Below, piece after piece: positions 1-9,270 of a stretch of 64,000 nt of DNA. Below the pieces are notes generated by a model. It had not been told where the DNA came from, ran no database searches, and was given only the letters and a program-made list of their open reading frames with translations. How positions within the stretch are numbered: position 1 is the stretch's first letter; each line of letters starts with the position of its first letter. Made by a program: the position numbers and the translations under genes. The DNA is from Chromatiaceae bacterium (lineage in GTDB: Bacteria; Pseudomonadota; Gammaproteobacteria; Chromatiales; Chromatiaceae): assembly GCA_022340805.1 (NCBI GenBank), contig JAJDNF010000086.1, positions 28,895 to 92,894 on the forward strand, given 5' to 3'.

Positions 1-1314
1 CCGGCCGCACTCCTTGCGCCGCCGCAGCCAGTCGAAGATCCGGAAGCGCGACGGGAAGGTCAGCGCCGCGCCCAGCGGGCACAGGTAGCGACAGAAGGCC
101 TTGCGGATGAACAGGCCGATCGCCAGCAGCACCAGTGCGTAGACGACGAACGGCCATTCGCGCATGAAGCGCAGCGCGAATACGGTCTTGAACGGCTCGA
201 CCTCGGCAAACCGTTCGGCGGTCGCCAGCGACTGCAGTGACAGCGCGAACAGGCCGAGCAGCAGCAGGTACTTCAGTGCGAGCAGGCGCTCGTGCACCAC
301 CGTCGGCAGTTCCCTGCCCTTGATCCCGAGCCGTTGGCCAAGTCGGTACAGGAGTTCCTGCAGCGCGCCGAACGGACATAGCCAGCCGCAGTACACACCG
401 CGCCCCCACAGCACGATGGTGACCGCGACAAACGACCACAGCATGAACATCATCGGCTCGATCAGGAAGCTCTCCCAGCGGAATCCGCCGAGCAGCGAAC
501 TCACGAAGGTAAGGACGTTCACCACCGACAGCTGGGCGTAGCCGTAGGCGCCGATGAACAGCAGCGTGAACAACAGGTACAGGGTACGGACCCGGATCAG
601 GAACGTCGGGTGGCGCGCCAGCCAGTCCTGGAACAACAGGATCAACAGCAGCATGCCGAGGCCAACGCCGAGCACCACGATCTCCCAGACCCGGTCACGC
701 CACAAGATCACCCAAAGCGGCGCCGGCGGCTCGAAACGACGACTGCCGCCGTCCTGCACCAGCAGGCCACGCGCCAGTGCAACCTTGCGCACACTCTCGA
801 CGATGGTGCGGTTCACGACCATCGCGGTGATGGTCGCGCCACTGATGCCGTCGACCACGCTACGCCCGGGGGCCGCGCGGCCGCCGATGCGAATCTCGTC
901 GGCGATCGGCTGGCCGACATACTGGGCGACATAGCGGGCCAAGTCCTGTTCGGATATGCCGACGACCAGGATCGGTTCCTCGTGCGCGACGATGCGCACA
1001 CCGCGGATCCTGCCGGCGACATCGAACGCCACCAGGGTGTTGATCGGTTTGCCGGAGTAGGCCGGTATGGGCAGGATGTCCGCGGTCAGCAGCGCGTACC
1101 CAATGGTGCCCTGCGCCCCATAAATGACGGCGGCCGGTGGGCTACCGTCGGTCTCGCCGATGCGCTGCATGTCCGGGAACATCGTGTGCAGATCGGCGCT
1201 GTAGGTATCCAAAGCCGATGCGGCGCGCAGGCTCGGGCAAAACCAGGCCAGCGCCACGAGCAGTGCCATCGCCCAGCGCGAAACCGTGACATTTGTCGGC
1301 ACGTACCCGCTCAT
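1..1314 (-). CDS. NosR/NirI-family membrane protein (FMN-binding + 4Fe-4S), short form; runs off the left edge; start 1314 or 1269
   Basis: Not in the ORF track; manual minus-strand translation gives PIPAYSGKPINTLV, HEEPILVVG, VDGISGATIT (flavinylation motif), AQLSVVNVLTF, GRGVYCGWLCPFGALQE, EVEPFKT, FCRYLCPLGAAL. Confidence 0.85.
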   Translation of the reverse strand, partial: MSGYVPTNVTVSRWAMALLVALAWFCPSLRAASALDTYSADLHTMFPDMQRIGETDGSPPAAVIYGAQGTIGYALLTADILPIPAYSGKPINTLVAFDVAGRIRGVRIVAHEEPILVVGISEQDLARYVAQYVGQPIADEIRIGGRAAPGRSVVDGISGATITAMVVNRTIVESVRKVALARGLLVQDGGSRRFEPPAPLWVILWRDRVWEIVVLGVGLGMLLLILLFQDWLARHPTFLIRVRTLYLLFTLLFIGAYGYAQLSVVNVLTFVSSLLGGFRWESFLIEPMMFMLWSFVAVTIVLWGRGVYCGWLCPFGALQELLYRLGQRLGIKGRELPTVVHERLLALKYLLLLGLFALSLQSLATAERFAEVEPFKTVFALRFMREWPFVVYALVLLAIGLFIRKAFCRYLCPLGAALTFPSRFRIFDWLRRRKECGR

Positions 1315-1350
1315 CAACGCGCAAACTGCTGGATGCGGCGCATAGCTGCC

Positions 1351-1364
1351 TTGATCATGGTCAA
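1351..1364. promoter_or_regulatory. FNR/DNR-type box TTGATCATGGTCAA upstream of the NosR-like gene
   Basis: One mismatch to TTGAT-N4-ATCAA, in the divergent intergenic region. Confidence 0.6.
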
Positions 1365-1420
1365 GCGCCACCTTTCGCGCGCGGGCTATCTTGTCGTGCA
1401 CGCCCTTTGCAAGCGCCGCC

Positions 1421-2023
1421 ATGCCCGCCCAGACCATCAGTTACGCCATCGGTGACCGCCTGTATCTGAACATCACAGATCGCTGCACGCTGCAGTGCGC
1501 GTTCTGCCCGAAGCACAATGGTTCGCATCGGGTACACGACTATGACCTGACGCTCGATCACCGCCCCGACGTCGCCGAGATCATCGCCGCGCTTGGCGAT
1601 CCGACGGCGTATCGCGAGGTCGTGTTCTGCGGTTTCGGCGAGCCGACGCTGCGCTTGAACGTCCTGCTGGAGACGGCCGGACACATCCGCCAGGCAGGGG
1701 GGCGGGTGCGGATCAATACCGACGGCCTGGCCAACCTGGTTCACCGGCGCAACGTGCTGCCGGAACTCGCTACCTGCGTGGACGCGCTGTCCGTGTCGAT
1801 GAATGCGCAAGACGAGCAGGTCTATGCGCAACACTGCCTGCCCGCGCTGCCCGGTTCTTTCGAGGCCATGCTGGACTTTCTCACCCTGGCACCGCGCTAT
1901 ATCGCCGACGTCAGCGCGACCGCGATCGCCGGCCTCGAGGGGGTCGACATCGCTGCCTGCGAGGCGATCGCGACGCGCCTGGGGGTCAAGTTTCGCCGTC
2001 GCGAACTCGACGTGGTCGGCTGA
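1421..2023 (+). CDS. TatD-family-associated radical SAM protein
   Basis: LYLNITDRCTLQCAFCPK (CxxxCxxC), EVVFCGFGEPTLRL, RINTDGLANL; ATG at 1421. Confidence 0.85.
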   Translation: MPAQTISYAIGDRLYLNITDRCTLQCAFCPKHNGSHRVHDYDLTLDHRPDVAEIIAALGDPTAYREVVFCGFGEPTLRLNVLLETAGHIRQAGGRVRINTDGLANLVHRRNVLPELATCVDALSVSMNAQDEQVYAQHCLPALPGSFEAMLDFLTLAPRYIADVSATAIAGLEGVDIAACEAIATRLGVKFRRRELDVVG

Positions 2024-2083
2024 ACAGCCGCCGGCGCATGGCGTCCTGCGTCAATCGCATGACCGGCGAAAATGCCACCGTGC

Positions 2084-3079
2084 TCAGGGGTGCGGCAGCA
2101 GGTTGATGCGGATCTGCGCGTCGGGCACATCGGCCTCGTCGAGCAGGGTGCGCGCCCAGTCCAGCGCGGCCCCCGGCAGCGCGAGGTAATAGTCGTGGTC
2201 GGCCAGCAGGCTGTGCACGCGCACGACGCGTTCGATGACATCGTCCATGCGCTCCTCGCCGACCGGCTCCAGGTCGATCGAGTGGTAACGGAAGTCGTCC
2301 AGCACATCGCGCCAGGCGCGGCAGTAGTTGGACAGGTAATGACCGTGCGGTATCGCCGACAGCCAATACAGGTCGATCGAGCGATTCACGTCCTTCTGGA
2401 TCGCGTGATCGATCAGGCTGCTGACCGCCGCGAACCCGGTCTCCCAGGCGATCAGGACCAACGGCCGGGTCGACTCCTCGTCCAGCGTGAAGTCACCGTA
2501 GGGCCCCTGCAGCAGCAGCTCCTGTCCCTTGCGCAGACGTTCGAACACGAATTCGCTGAATGGATCGCCGGCGCGTCTGCGCAGATGGAACCGCAGCTGG
2601 ATGCTGTCACAGGGACAGCTGGCTATCGGCAGGGTCTGTGGCCGGATGCCTTCGAACTGCAGCATGGCGCCCTGCCCGGCCAGAAACTGCAGACCACCGC
2701 TGCGCGGCGCACGCACGGTGAGCTGCATCACCTGCTCCTGCAGCAGTTCCATCCGGCTGACCCTGGCGCGCACCTGCTGCTCGGGGATCTCCGCGGCCGA
2801 GCCGGACTCGGGCGCCTCGATCCGGATGTCGCCGGCGGCGTGGCAACAACAGGTCAGGAACCAACGCTGGCGCTTTTCCAGCTCACTGAAGCGGTAGTCG
2901 AAGTGGCTCAGCGGCGCGATCTCGCCGTCCAGCAGGCGCGCCCGGCACTCACCGCAGCTGCCGCTGGCGCAGCTGTGCCGCAGGTTTAGGCCGGCCCGCA
3001 GGCCGGCCTGCAGCAGGGTCTCACTGGGCTCGGCCTCGAAGATATGGCCGGAGGGCTGGACGGTTACTTTGTGGGCCAT
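2084..3079 (-). CDS. 2Fe-2S ferredoxin / FAD-NAD reductase family protein (AscD-like fold) with atypical flavin/NAD motifs
   Basis: CASGSCGEC...LTCC plant-type 2Fe-2S motif; GPYGDF; WETGFA in place of GGTG. Confidence 0.8.
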   Translation of the reverse strand: MAHKVTVQPSGHIFEAEPSETLLQAGLRAGLNLRHSCASGSCGECRARLLDGEIAPLSHFDYRFSELEKRQRWFLTCCCHAAGDIRIEAPESGSAAEIPEQQVRARVSRMELLQEQVMQLTVRAPRSGGLQFLAGQGAMLQFEGIRPQTLPIASCPCDSIQLRFHLRRRAGDPFSEFVFERLRKGQELLLQGPYGDFTLDEESTRPLVLIAWETGFAAVSSLIDHAIQKDVNRSIDLYWLSAIPHGHYLSNYCRAWRDVLDDFRYHSIDLEPVGEERMDDVIERVVRVHSLLADHDYYLALPGAALDWARTLLDEADVPDAQIRINLLPHP

Positions 3080-3152
3080 GGACCCGGCACTCTAGCGCCA
3101 GCCGGCGAGGTCGCCAAGCCGCCCGCGCACACCCTGCCCGCAGCACCGCGGC

Positions 3153-3593
3153 CTATTTCGTGTCGCGCAGCTTGCTCTGGTGCATGAACCAGCCCACCAG
3201 GGTGCCGAGAATCATCGCCTGGCGCGCGTCGCATTGCTGCTGCATCGTGAGCAGACGCTGCTCGGTTTCGGCCGCGAACTGCCGGTAGCTGTCGACCTCG
3301 CCCTGAAGGCGCGCAATCTCGACCCGCGCACGCTGCAACTCGGAACACAGCTGATCGATGTCCGGCCTGAAATCACGGTTGGCCTTGAATACCGCCGCCT
3401 CGCGGATCCGGTTGACCTTCTCGATCATCCCCGAGCGGTCCGAATCGGCCTCGGGATAGGCCTTGCGCAGCTCGGATAGCCGGATATGTCCCTCGAAGGC
3501 CTCGATGCAGCCCTCCTGGATGTGCTGTTGCAACAGGCGGCGCGGCACCCCGACCATACGGGCGGCCTGAGACAGGCTCAGCAGACGATCCAT
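3153..3593 (-). CDS. Hypothetical protein with N-terminal excisionase/MerR-like HTH and C-terminal coiled coil
   Basis: LLSLSQAARMVGVPRRLLQQHIQEG resembles a MerR-superfamily HTH; GAGGA RBS; -10 TATACT at 3637-3642 (minus). Confidence 0.65.
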   Translation of the reverse strand: MDRLLSLSQAARMVGVPRRLLQQHIQEGCIEAFEGHIRLSELRKAYPEADSDRSGMIEKVNRIREAAVFKANRDFRPDIDQLCSELQRARVEIARLQGEVDSYRQFAAETEQRLLTMQQQCDARQAMILGTLVGWFMHQSKLRDTK

Positions 3594-3879
3594 GATTCTT
3601 CCTCGGTATTTATCCCAAACGGGATATCTCTTTGGAAGTATAGCGGACAGTTATCAGAGGAAAACGCTAAGTTACTGGTGGCCTCATTATTGATTTGCGA
3701 GGCGCCTGCGGAATCCCGTAGCGCAGACCAATCCGCGGCGCCCGGCGGCCCCGGCTCGCGCGCTGGGCGCAGGCCGCGATGCACCTGGTAGCGGCGCATA
3801 CGCTGCGATACTTGACGCCGTATGACCCCAACGTCGTTGCGCCATGCGACGCACACAGCCCCCCGGATCCAGCAGGCGG

Positions 3880-5001
3880 CTAGCGGCCCGGCCTCGCTCG
3901 CAGCAGCGCGAGCTGAGCCAGCAGCGGGGTCAGCATCGGCTGCAGCTTGCGCCGCATCAGGCTGCCGATCGCGGTGCTGTCGCGGAACACCGGTCGCACC
4001 ACGCCATAGCCGAGGCCCGCCATGACCCGCAGCGCCATCAGCTGCGCCGCATCGATGCCGGGCAGCACGCCGAGCGCCCGGGCCGCGTCGTCGGCGGCCA
4101 GCCAGTCACATGCCTCGGCCTGCAACGCCTCGAGGGTCGCATCGGCGCGCCCTTGCGGCCGTGCCGCGGCGAAATAGTCCGCGATATAGTCCAGCGTCAG
4201 GTTGACGACCTCCTGGTTGGAGGGTTTGTCGAACACCCTGAATACCGTCTCGATGAAGGCCTGACCGGGCGCCGCCAGGGTGCGCGCGAGCAGGCCAGCC
4301 AGCGCATTGCCATGCCCCGCCAGGCGTGCCAGCGGTTCTGCCAGACCGGCATGCAGCGGATGTGCGTCGACGGTCTCCGGAAGGTCGTCCGGTCGCGCGG
4401 CCAGAAAACCCACGTAGTAGGCCGGCTTGCGCTGTGCCTTGCGCCACAGGCCCTCGATCTCGGCCCGGTCGAGCAGGCCGTCCTGCAGGACCAGACGCAC
4501 CGTCTCGATCTGCTGCTCGGGTTCGGCCTCGAACGGCAGGTGCTCGACCAGGTAGGCGGCCAGCACCGGCCCCATCCGGCCCTCGACGACGGCAGCCTTG
4601 CCCAGCATGTGGCGCGCGTTGGTCGCGTCCTCCATCGCCCACCACGCGCGCCGCGCCAGCTCGTCGGTCAGGCCCTGCGCACAGACCGTGGCCACCACCG
4701 CCTCCGGCTCGCCGAGCAACAGCAGCTGTTCGAGGCTGTCGTCACGCATCTGTCCCATACGCGTCCAGCGCTGCAGGTAAACCGGATACCCGCCCGGCGA
4801 TCCGAGCACGTGACCGGACAACAGCTCCTTGACGCGTTTCAGGTACTGATCGTCACGGCCGGTCGGGTTGAGCTGGATCTGCGCCTCACCCTTGGGCGAC
4901 AGGCCGAACACCGTCATGCTCGATTCATGGATACGTATCGCCAGTGGCCGGCTGGCCAGCAACACGTTCAGGCGCAGGGTGTCTTGGGATGAGAGTTCCA
5001 C
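3880..5001 (-). CDS. dsrS: DsrS
   Basis: LRLNVLL, SGHVLGSPGGYPVYLQRWTRMGQM, LLLLGEPEAV; last gene of the dsr operon. Confidence 0.9.
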   Translation of the reverse strand: MELSSQDTLRLNVLLASRPLAIRIHESSMTVFGLSPKGEAQIQLNPTGRDDQYLKRVKELLSGHVLGSPGGYPVYLQRWTRMGQMRDDSLEQLLLLGEPEAVVATVCAQGLTDELARRAWWAMEDATNARHMLGKAAVVEGRMGPVLAAYLVEHLPFEAEPEQQIETVRLVLQDGLLDRAEIEGLWRKAQRKPAYYVGFLAARPDDLPETVDAHPLHAGLAEPLARLAGHGNALAGLLARTLAAPGQAFIETVFRVFDKPSNQEVVNLTLDYIADYFAAARPQGRADATLEALQAEACDWLAADDAARALGVLPGIDAAQLMALRVMAGLGYGVVRPVFRDSTAIGSLMRRKLQPMLTPLLAQLALLRARPGR

Positions 5002-5036
5002 GGTCAGCAGGCACCCGCTGGCGCGGGCGGCAAAGG

Positions 5037-5351
5037 CTAATTCTCTGACGGCGCCACGTAGGTGGCATCTTTCGGGTTCAGGAAGATGAACTGCGGATCG
5101 CCGGCGTCGAGCTCGACGAAATCCAGGGTCGCCGCGTCCAGCAGCGGGACATACTCGGGGGCCATCACGATCTGCACGCCCTCCGAACTGAAACGGATGT
5201 CGTCCTCGGTGGCCTCGTCAAAGCCCATCCGATAGTCGATGGTGCCGTCCGGGCGCTGCTGAGCCGCCAGGCGCAGCGCCATGCCGGCCGTGCCGCCTTG
5301 CTCGGCAGCAACCTTGACCTGCCGTGCTGCCTGCGGGGTCACCTTGAACAT
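5037..5351 (-). CDS. dsrR: DsrR (IscA/HesB-like, no cysteines)
   Basis: LRLAA...DYRMGFDE...LDFVEL...FIFLNP; lies between dsrN and dsrS; start MFKVT. Confidence 0.85.
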   Translation of the reverse strand: MFKVTPQAARQVKVAAEQGGTAGMALRLAAQQRPDGTIDYRMGFDEATEDDIRFSSEGVQIVMAPEYVPLLDAATLDFVELDAGDPQFIFLNPKDATYVAPSEN

Positions 5352-5389
5352 ATCCGATTCCTCTCTGTTCCATTGCCGCATGCCGCGCG

Positions 5390-6772
5390 TCACGCCGCCC
5401 GGGCGCGACAGTCGCGCACAAATTTTACGAAACGTGCCGCCCATGGGTGCGATCGGGTGTCACGCAGATGTGCGTAGCTCGCCAGCAGATTCCGGTAGCG
5501 GATACCGTCATGCACACCATCCAGCCCGTAGCCCCGCTCGACACGATAGGCAAACTGCATGCCCTCAGGCACGCTGGCCAGCGCCGAATAATGGAATTCA
5601 TGCGCCGATACCGGTTCACTGCCATCCGCCGACAGTGGCCAGGGGTGGTCCCCGGTCTCGCGCAGGCGCACATAGCCGCGCCCCTGCGGTTTCGCATGCA
5701 TGGCCACTTCGGCCGGGATCACGCCCGCCATTTTACCCGTCTTTCCATCCCAGGTCAGGCTGTCACACAGGTACATCAACCCTCCGCATTCTGCGTAAAC
5801 CGGCCCGTCGCGCTCGATAAAACCGGCCACCGCGACGCGCATCGCGGCATTGCGTTCCAGCTCGGCCATGTGCGTCTCCGGGAAACCGCCCCCCAGGAAC
5901 AGCCCGTCACACGCCGGCAGCTCGCGGTCGACCAGCGGACTGAACGGCACCAGCTCGGCACCGGCGGCACGCAGCGCATCGAGGTCGCCGGCGTAATAGA
6001 AACCGAACGCCGAGTCGCTCGCATAAGCGATTCGCACGCTGGCGTCGACGACCGGCCGCACCGGAGGACCCGGGTTGCCGGCTGGCGCGCGCGCGGCCGC
6101 GGCCAGCCGGCGCACGGCCGCCAGGTCCACCTGCTCGCGAATCAGCTGCGCCATGCGGTCGATGTGCGCCTGGCTGCTGCCGACCTCGTTGCTCGGTACC
6201 AGACCCAGGTGGCGCTCGGTGATCACCAGTTCATCGGTGCGCTGAACGGCACCCAGCACATGCACATCGGTGTAGTGCTCGATCACCGCGCGCAGCTTGG
6301 CCTCGTGCCGGCTGCCCCCGACCTTGTTGAGGATCACCCCGACGATGCGGATCGCCGGATCGAAGGCCTGGTAGCCGAGGATCAGCGGCGCGACCCCGCG
6401 CGTCATGCCCTGGCTGTCGAGCACCAGCACGATCGGTGAGCCGAGCTGCGCGGCCAGTGCCGCGTTGCTGTTGCTGCCATCCAGCGCCAGCCCGTCGAAC
6501 AGGCCCTTGTTGCCCTCGATCAGGCCGATGTCGGCGCCCTGCATTTTGGCCGCGAACAGGTCGCTGATCTCGTCCCTGTCCATGGTGTAGAAGTCCAGGT
6601 TGTAACAGGCACGTCCCGCCGCCTGACCCAGCCATAGGGGATCGATATAGTCCGGCCCCTTCTTGAACGGCTGGACCAGCTCGCCGGCCTCGCGCAACGC
6701 CGCGCACAGGCCGATACTGAGCGTGGTCTTGCCCGAAGACTTGTGTGCGGCGGAGATGTAGAGGTGCCCCAT
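5390..6772 (-). CDS. dsrN: DsrN, siroheme amidase (cobyrinate a,c-diamide synthase family)
   Basis: SSGKTT, FKKGPDYIDP, ERHLGLVP, YAECGGLMYL, HEFHYS; position after dsrP. Confidence 0.92.
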   Translation of the reverse strand: MGHLYISAAHKSSGKTTLSIGLCAALREAGELVQPFKKGPDYIDPLWLGQAAGRACYNLDFYTMDRDEISDLFAAKMQGADIGLIEGNKGLFDGLALDGSNSNAALAAQLGSPIVLVLDSQGMTRGVAPLILGYQAFDPAIRIVGVILNKVGGSRHEAKLRAVIEHYTDVHVLGAVQRTDELVITERHLGLVPSNEVGSSQAHIDRMAQLIREQVDLAAVRRLAAAARAPAGNPGPPVRPVVDASVRIAYASDSAFGFYYAGDLDALRAAGAELVPFSPLVDRELPACDGLFLGGGFPETHMAELERNAAMRVAVAGFIERDGPVYAECGGLMYLCDSLTWDGKTGKMAGVIPAEVAMHAKPQGRGYVRLRETGDHPWPLSADGSEPVSAHEFHYSALASVPEGMQFAYRVERGYGLDGVHDGIRYRNLLASYAHLRDTRSHPWAARFVKFVRDCRARAA

Positions 6773-6788
6773 TACCTGGCCTCAAACG

Positions 6789-6817
6789 AAAACGGGGCGA
6801 CTGTAACAGCCGCCCCG
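6789..6817 (-). terminator. Intrinsic terminator-like hairpin between dsrP and dsrN
   Basis: Sense CGGGGCGGCTG-TTA-CAGTCGCCCCG followed by TTTT. Confidence 0.6.
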
Positions 6818-6844
6818 CCATCTATTTAGACTTTTCTGTCCGGG

Positions 6845-8065
6845 TCAATTCGCCTTATGCGGGTCCAGCACCTCATCGGCCAGCGAGGCCGGCAGGAACT
6901 GCAGAATGCGCACCGCGACGAAGGTTGCCAGCAGGGCCAGCGCGAAACCGCCCAGTCCGAGCAGCACCTCGGGCAGCGCAGGGGCATAATGGCGCGCCAA
7001 TCCGCCGACCCCGTCGTAGTAACCCGACTCCAGGACCGTGTAACCCGGGAACATGCTGAGCGGGAAGGCCTGGCCGCCGATCACGATCACATAGATTGCC
7101 GACAGGCCGCCGATTACCACCAGCAGTGCCGCGATCACGATAGCGCCACGCTGCATGCCCAGCGCGGGATGGAACAGGATACCCATCGGCACCAGCATCC
7201 CCAACAGTACCCAACCCAGCCAGAACGTCCAGGTATAGACACCGCCGTCGCGCAGGATGAAGGCCTCGAACTCATGGTTCTCGGTGCCGTACAGGTTGGT
7301 CAGGTGGTAGACCAGCGTAAAGTAGAAGATCGCCGCCACGAACACGCCCAGCAGATTCTTCAGTCGACGCAGCAGCACGTCGCCCAGCGGACGCTCGTCG
7401 GTATTGAAGGCGAACATCAGCACCAGCAGGTACAGCGCCAGACCGTAGGCGAATGACATGATGATGAACATCGGCGCCATGATGGCCGCATCGTAGCCTT
7501 GGCGCGCGACCAGGAAACCGAAGATCGAGCCGGTACCGGTGGTCAGCGCGAGGCGCCAGACAAATGCGACCACGCCTACCCCGTGGCTATACGGGTTCGC
7601 CTTGCGCTCCATCATCGTGAACAGGTACACCGCGACAATCGCGAGGAAACCGACGTAGAGATAGATGTTCCACGCGAAGATGGATTTGAAGTTGTAGGTG
7701 GTCATCGCGACGATCAGCCGGGTCGGCTGACCGAGGTCGAGCACCAGCACGATGAGGCCACCGACCAGCAGCGTGATCGCCATCAGGCCGGAAAGGCGCG
7801 CCAGCGGCTTGTACATCTTCTGCCCGAACACCGAGCCGATGGACGCCACGTTCAGCGCACCGGACGCGGCCACGATCAGGAAGATCGCGAACACGTGCGG
7901 CGTGCCCCAGACGACCTGGTTGGTCATCCCTGTCACCCAGTGACCCTCGTGCTCCATGTACAGCGTCGCGAAACCGCCGACGGCGACAATCGCCGCCAAT
8001 ACCGCAAGCAGCCCCCAGTAGCGCGGACTGTCGATGCCCCATTCGCGGTAGTGAATCTTTTTCAT
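6845..8065 (-). CDS. dsrP: DsrP, NrfD/PsrC-family membrane subunit
   Basis: VTGMTNQVVWG, LVLDLGQP, about 10 TM helices; follows dsrO. Confidence 0.93.
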   Translation of the reverse strand: MKKIHYREWGIDSPRYWGLLAVLAAIVAVGGFATLYMEHEGHWVTGMTNQVVWGTPHVFAIFLIVAASGALNVASIGSVFGQKMYKPLARLSGLMAITLLVGGLIVLVLDLGQPTRLIVAMTTYNFKSIFAWNIYLYVGFLAIVAVYLFTMMERKANPYSHGVGVVAFVWRLALTTGTGSIFGFLVARQGYDAAIMAPMFIIMSFAYGLALYLLVLMFAFNTDERPLGDVLLRRLKNLLGVFVAAIFYFTLVYHLTNLYGTENHEFEAFILRDGGVYTWTFWLGWVLLGMLVPMGILFHPALGMQRGAIVIAALLVVIGGLSAIYVIVIGGQAFPLSMFPGYTVLESGYYDGVGGLARHYAPALPEVLLGLGGFALALLATFVAVRILQFLPASLADEVLDPHKAN

Positions 8066-8090
8066 TGCCGAAACATTCCCCGGAAAACCA

Positions 8091-8864
8091 TCAGACGTCG
8101 GTGTAACGGACGCCGGTATTGAGCTTCAGATCGGCCCGGATCTGCACCGTCGGATACTTGCTCATGGCCTGTGAAACCGCACTGTTCGGGTCTTTCAGGT
8201 CGCCGAACACAATGGCCCCTTGCTTGCAGGCATCCTGGCAGGCCGTGGTAGTACCACCGTTGTCGCGACGCTGCACACAAAGGTTGCAGCTCTCGACGCA
8301 GCCCTTGCCGCGCGGCGTCGCCGTCAGCTTGAACTGCACCGCCTCGTGGATAAACGAACGCGCATTGTACGGACAGGCCATCATGCAATAGCGGCAGCCG
8401 ATACAGGTGTGACGGTCGACCATGACGATGCCGTCTGCGCGACGGAAAGACGCGCCGGTCGGACACACATCGACGCACGGCGGGTGTTCGCAGTGCTGGC
8501 ACATCATCGGCAGCGTGCTGACATGGCCGGTCAGGTTGTTGCGCAGCTTGACCGTGCGGATCCAGCGCGGACGCTGCATGTCCCACAGTTCATCATCCGC
8601 ACCTTCGGGCTTGACCAGCATGTCGAGGCCGTTTTCCTTGTCGCAGGCGGTGACGCAGTCGTTGCAACCATCGGCACACTTGCTGGTGTCGATGAGCATA
8701 CCGTAGCGCACGTCGCTGCTCACGGCCGTGTCACGCGGCGCCGCATTCGCCACAGACTGCAGGAACACACCAGGCGCCACCACGGTCGCCGCAGCGACAC
8801 CCGTAGCACCGGCCAAGAACTCTCGGCGCCCCGTGTTGGAGGGCTGATCGGTCGGCTGACTCAT
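8091..8864 (-). CDS. dsrO: DsrO, Tat-exported 4Fe-4S dicluster protein
   Basis: RREFL Tat motif; CQHCEHPPCVDVCP; CIGCRYCMMACPY. Confidence 0.95.
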   Translation of the reverse strand: MSQPTDQPSNTGRREFLAGATGVAAATVVAPGVFLQSVANAAPRDTAVSSDVRYGMLIDTSKCADGCNDCVTACDKENGLDMLVKPEGADDELWDMQRPRWIRTVKLRNNLTGHVSTLPMMCQHCEHPPCVDVCPTGASFRRADGIVMVDRHTCIGCRYCMMACPYNARSFIHEAVQFKLTATPRGKGCVESCNLCVQRRDNGGTTTACQDACKQGAIVFGDLKDPNSAVSQAMSKYPTVQIRADLKLNTGVRYTDV

Positions 8865-8867
8865 TGT

Positions 8868-9248
8868 TCAGTTCCCCGTGGGCTTGGTTGCATGACAGGT
8901 AAAGCAGTCGAGCGAGGCGCCCGCGTATTCGTGGCATGCCGCGCAGAACTCGCCAGGTGCATTCACCGGGACCGGACTACCCTGCGCGTCCCTGCGGACG
9001 TGACAGTCGATGCAACCGGCAAGGCTGTTATCAGTCTTGCGGATTCCCTCGTGCACGGTGATGTGGCGCTGGTGCTCGATCAGCTCGAAATGGTTGCGAC
9101 GCATGAACGCGGTCGGTGCAACGCAGGCGTCCAGTCTGTCCGCCTTTGCCGAGCCCTCGACACCCTCGCCGGCGTACACCACACCCAGGCCGCCGCAGAG
9201 GCCCAGGCACAATGCCATCAGCAGACTCAAGCCAAACTTACCTTTCAT
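8868..9248 (-). CDS. dsrJ: DsrJ, triheme cytochrome c
   Basis: Signal peptide; MRRNH; CIDCH, CAACH, CFTCH. Confidence 0.92.
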   Translation of the reverse strand: MKGKFGLSLLMALCLGLCGGLGVVYAGEGVEGSAKADRLDACVAPTAFMRRNHFELIEHQRHITVHEGIRKTDNSLAGCIDCHVRRDAQGSPVPVNAPGEFCAACHEYAGASLDCFTCHATKPTGN

Positions 9249-9270
9249 TGCCACTACGGCCCCTGCTCAG

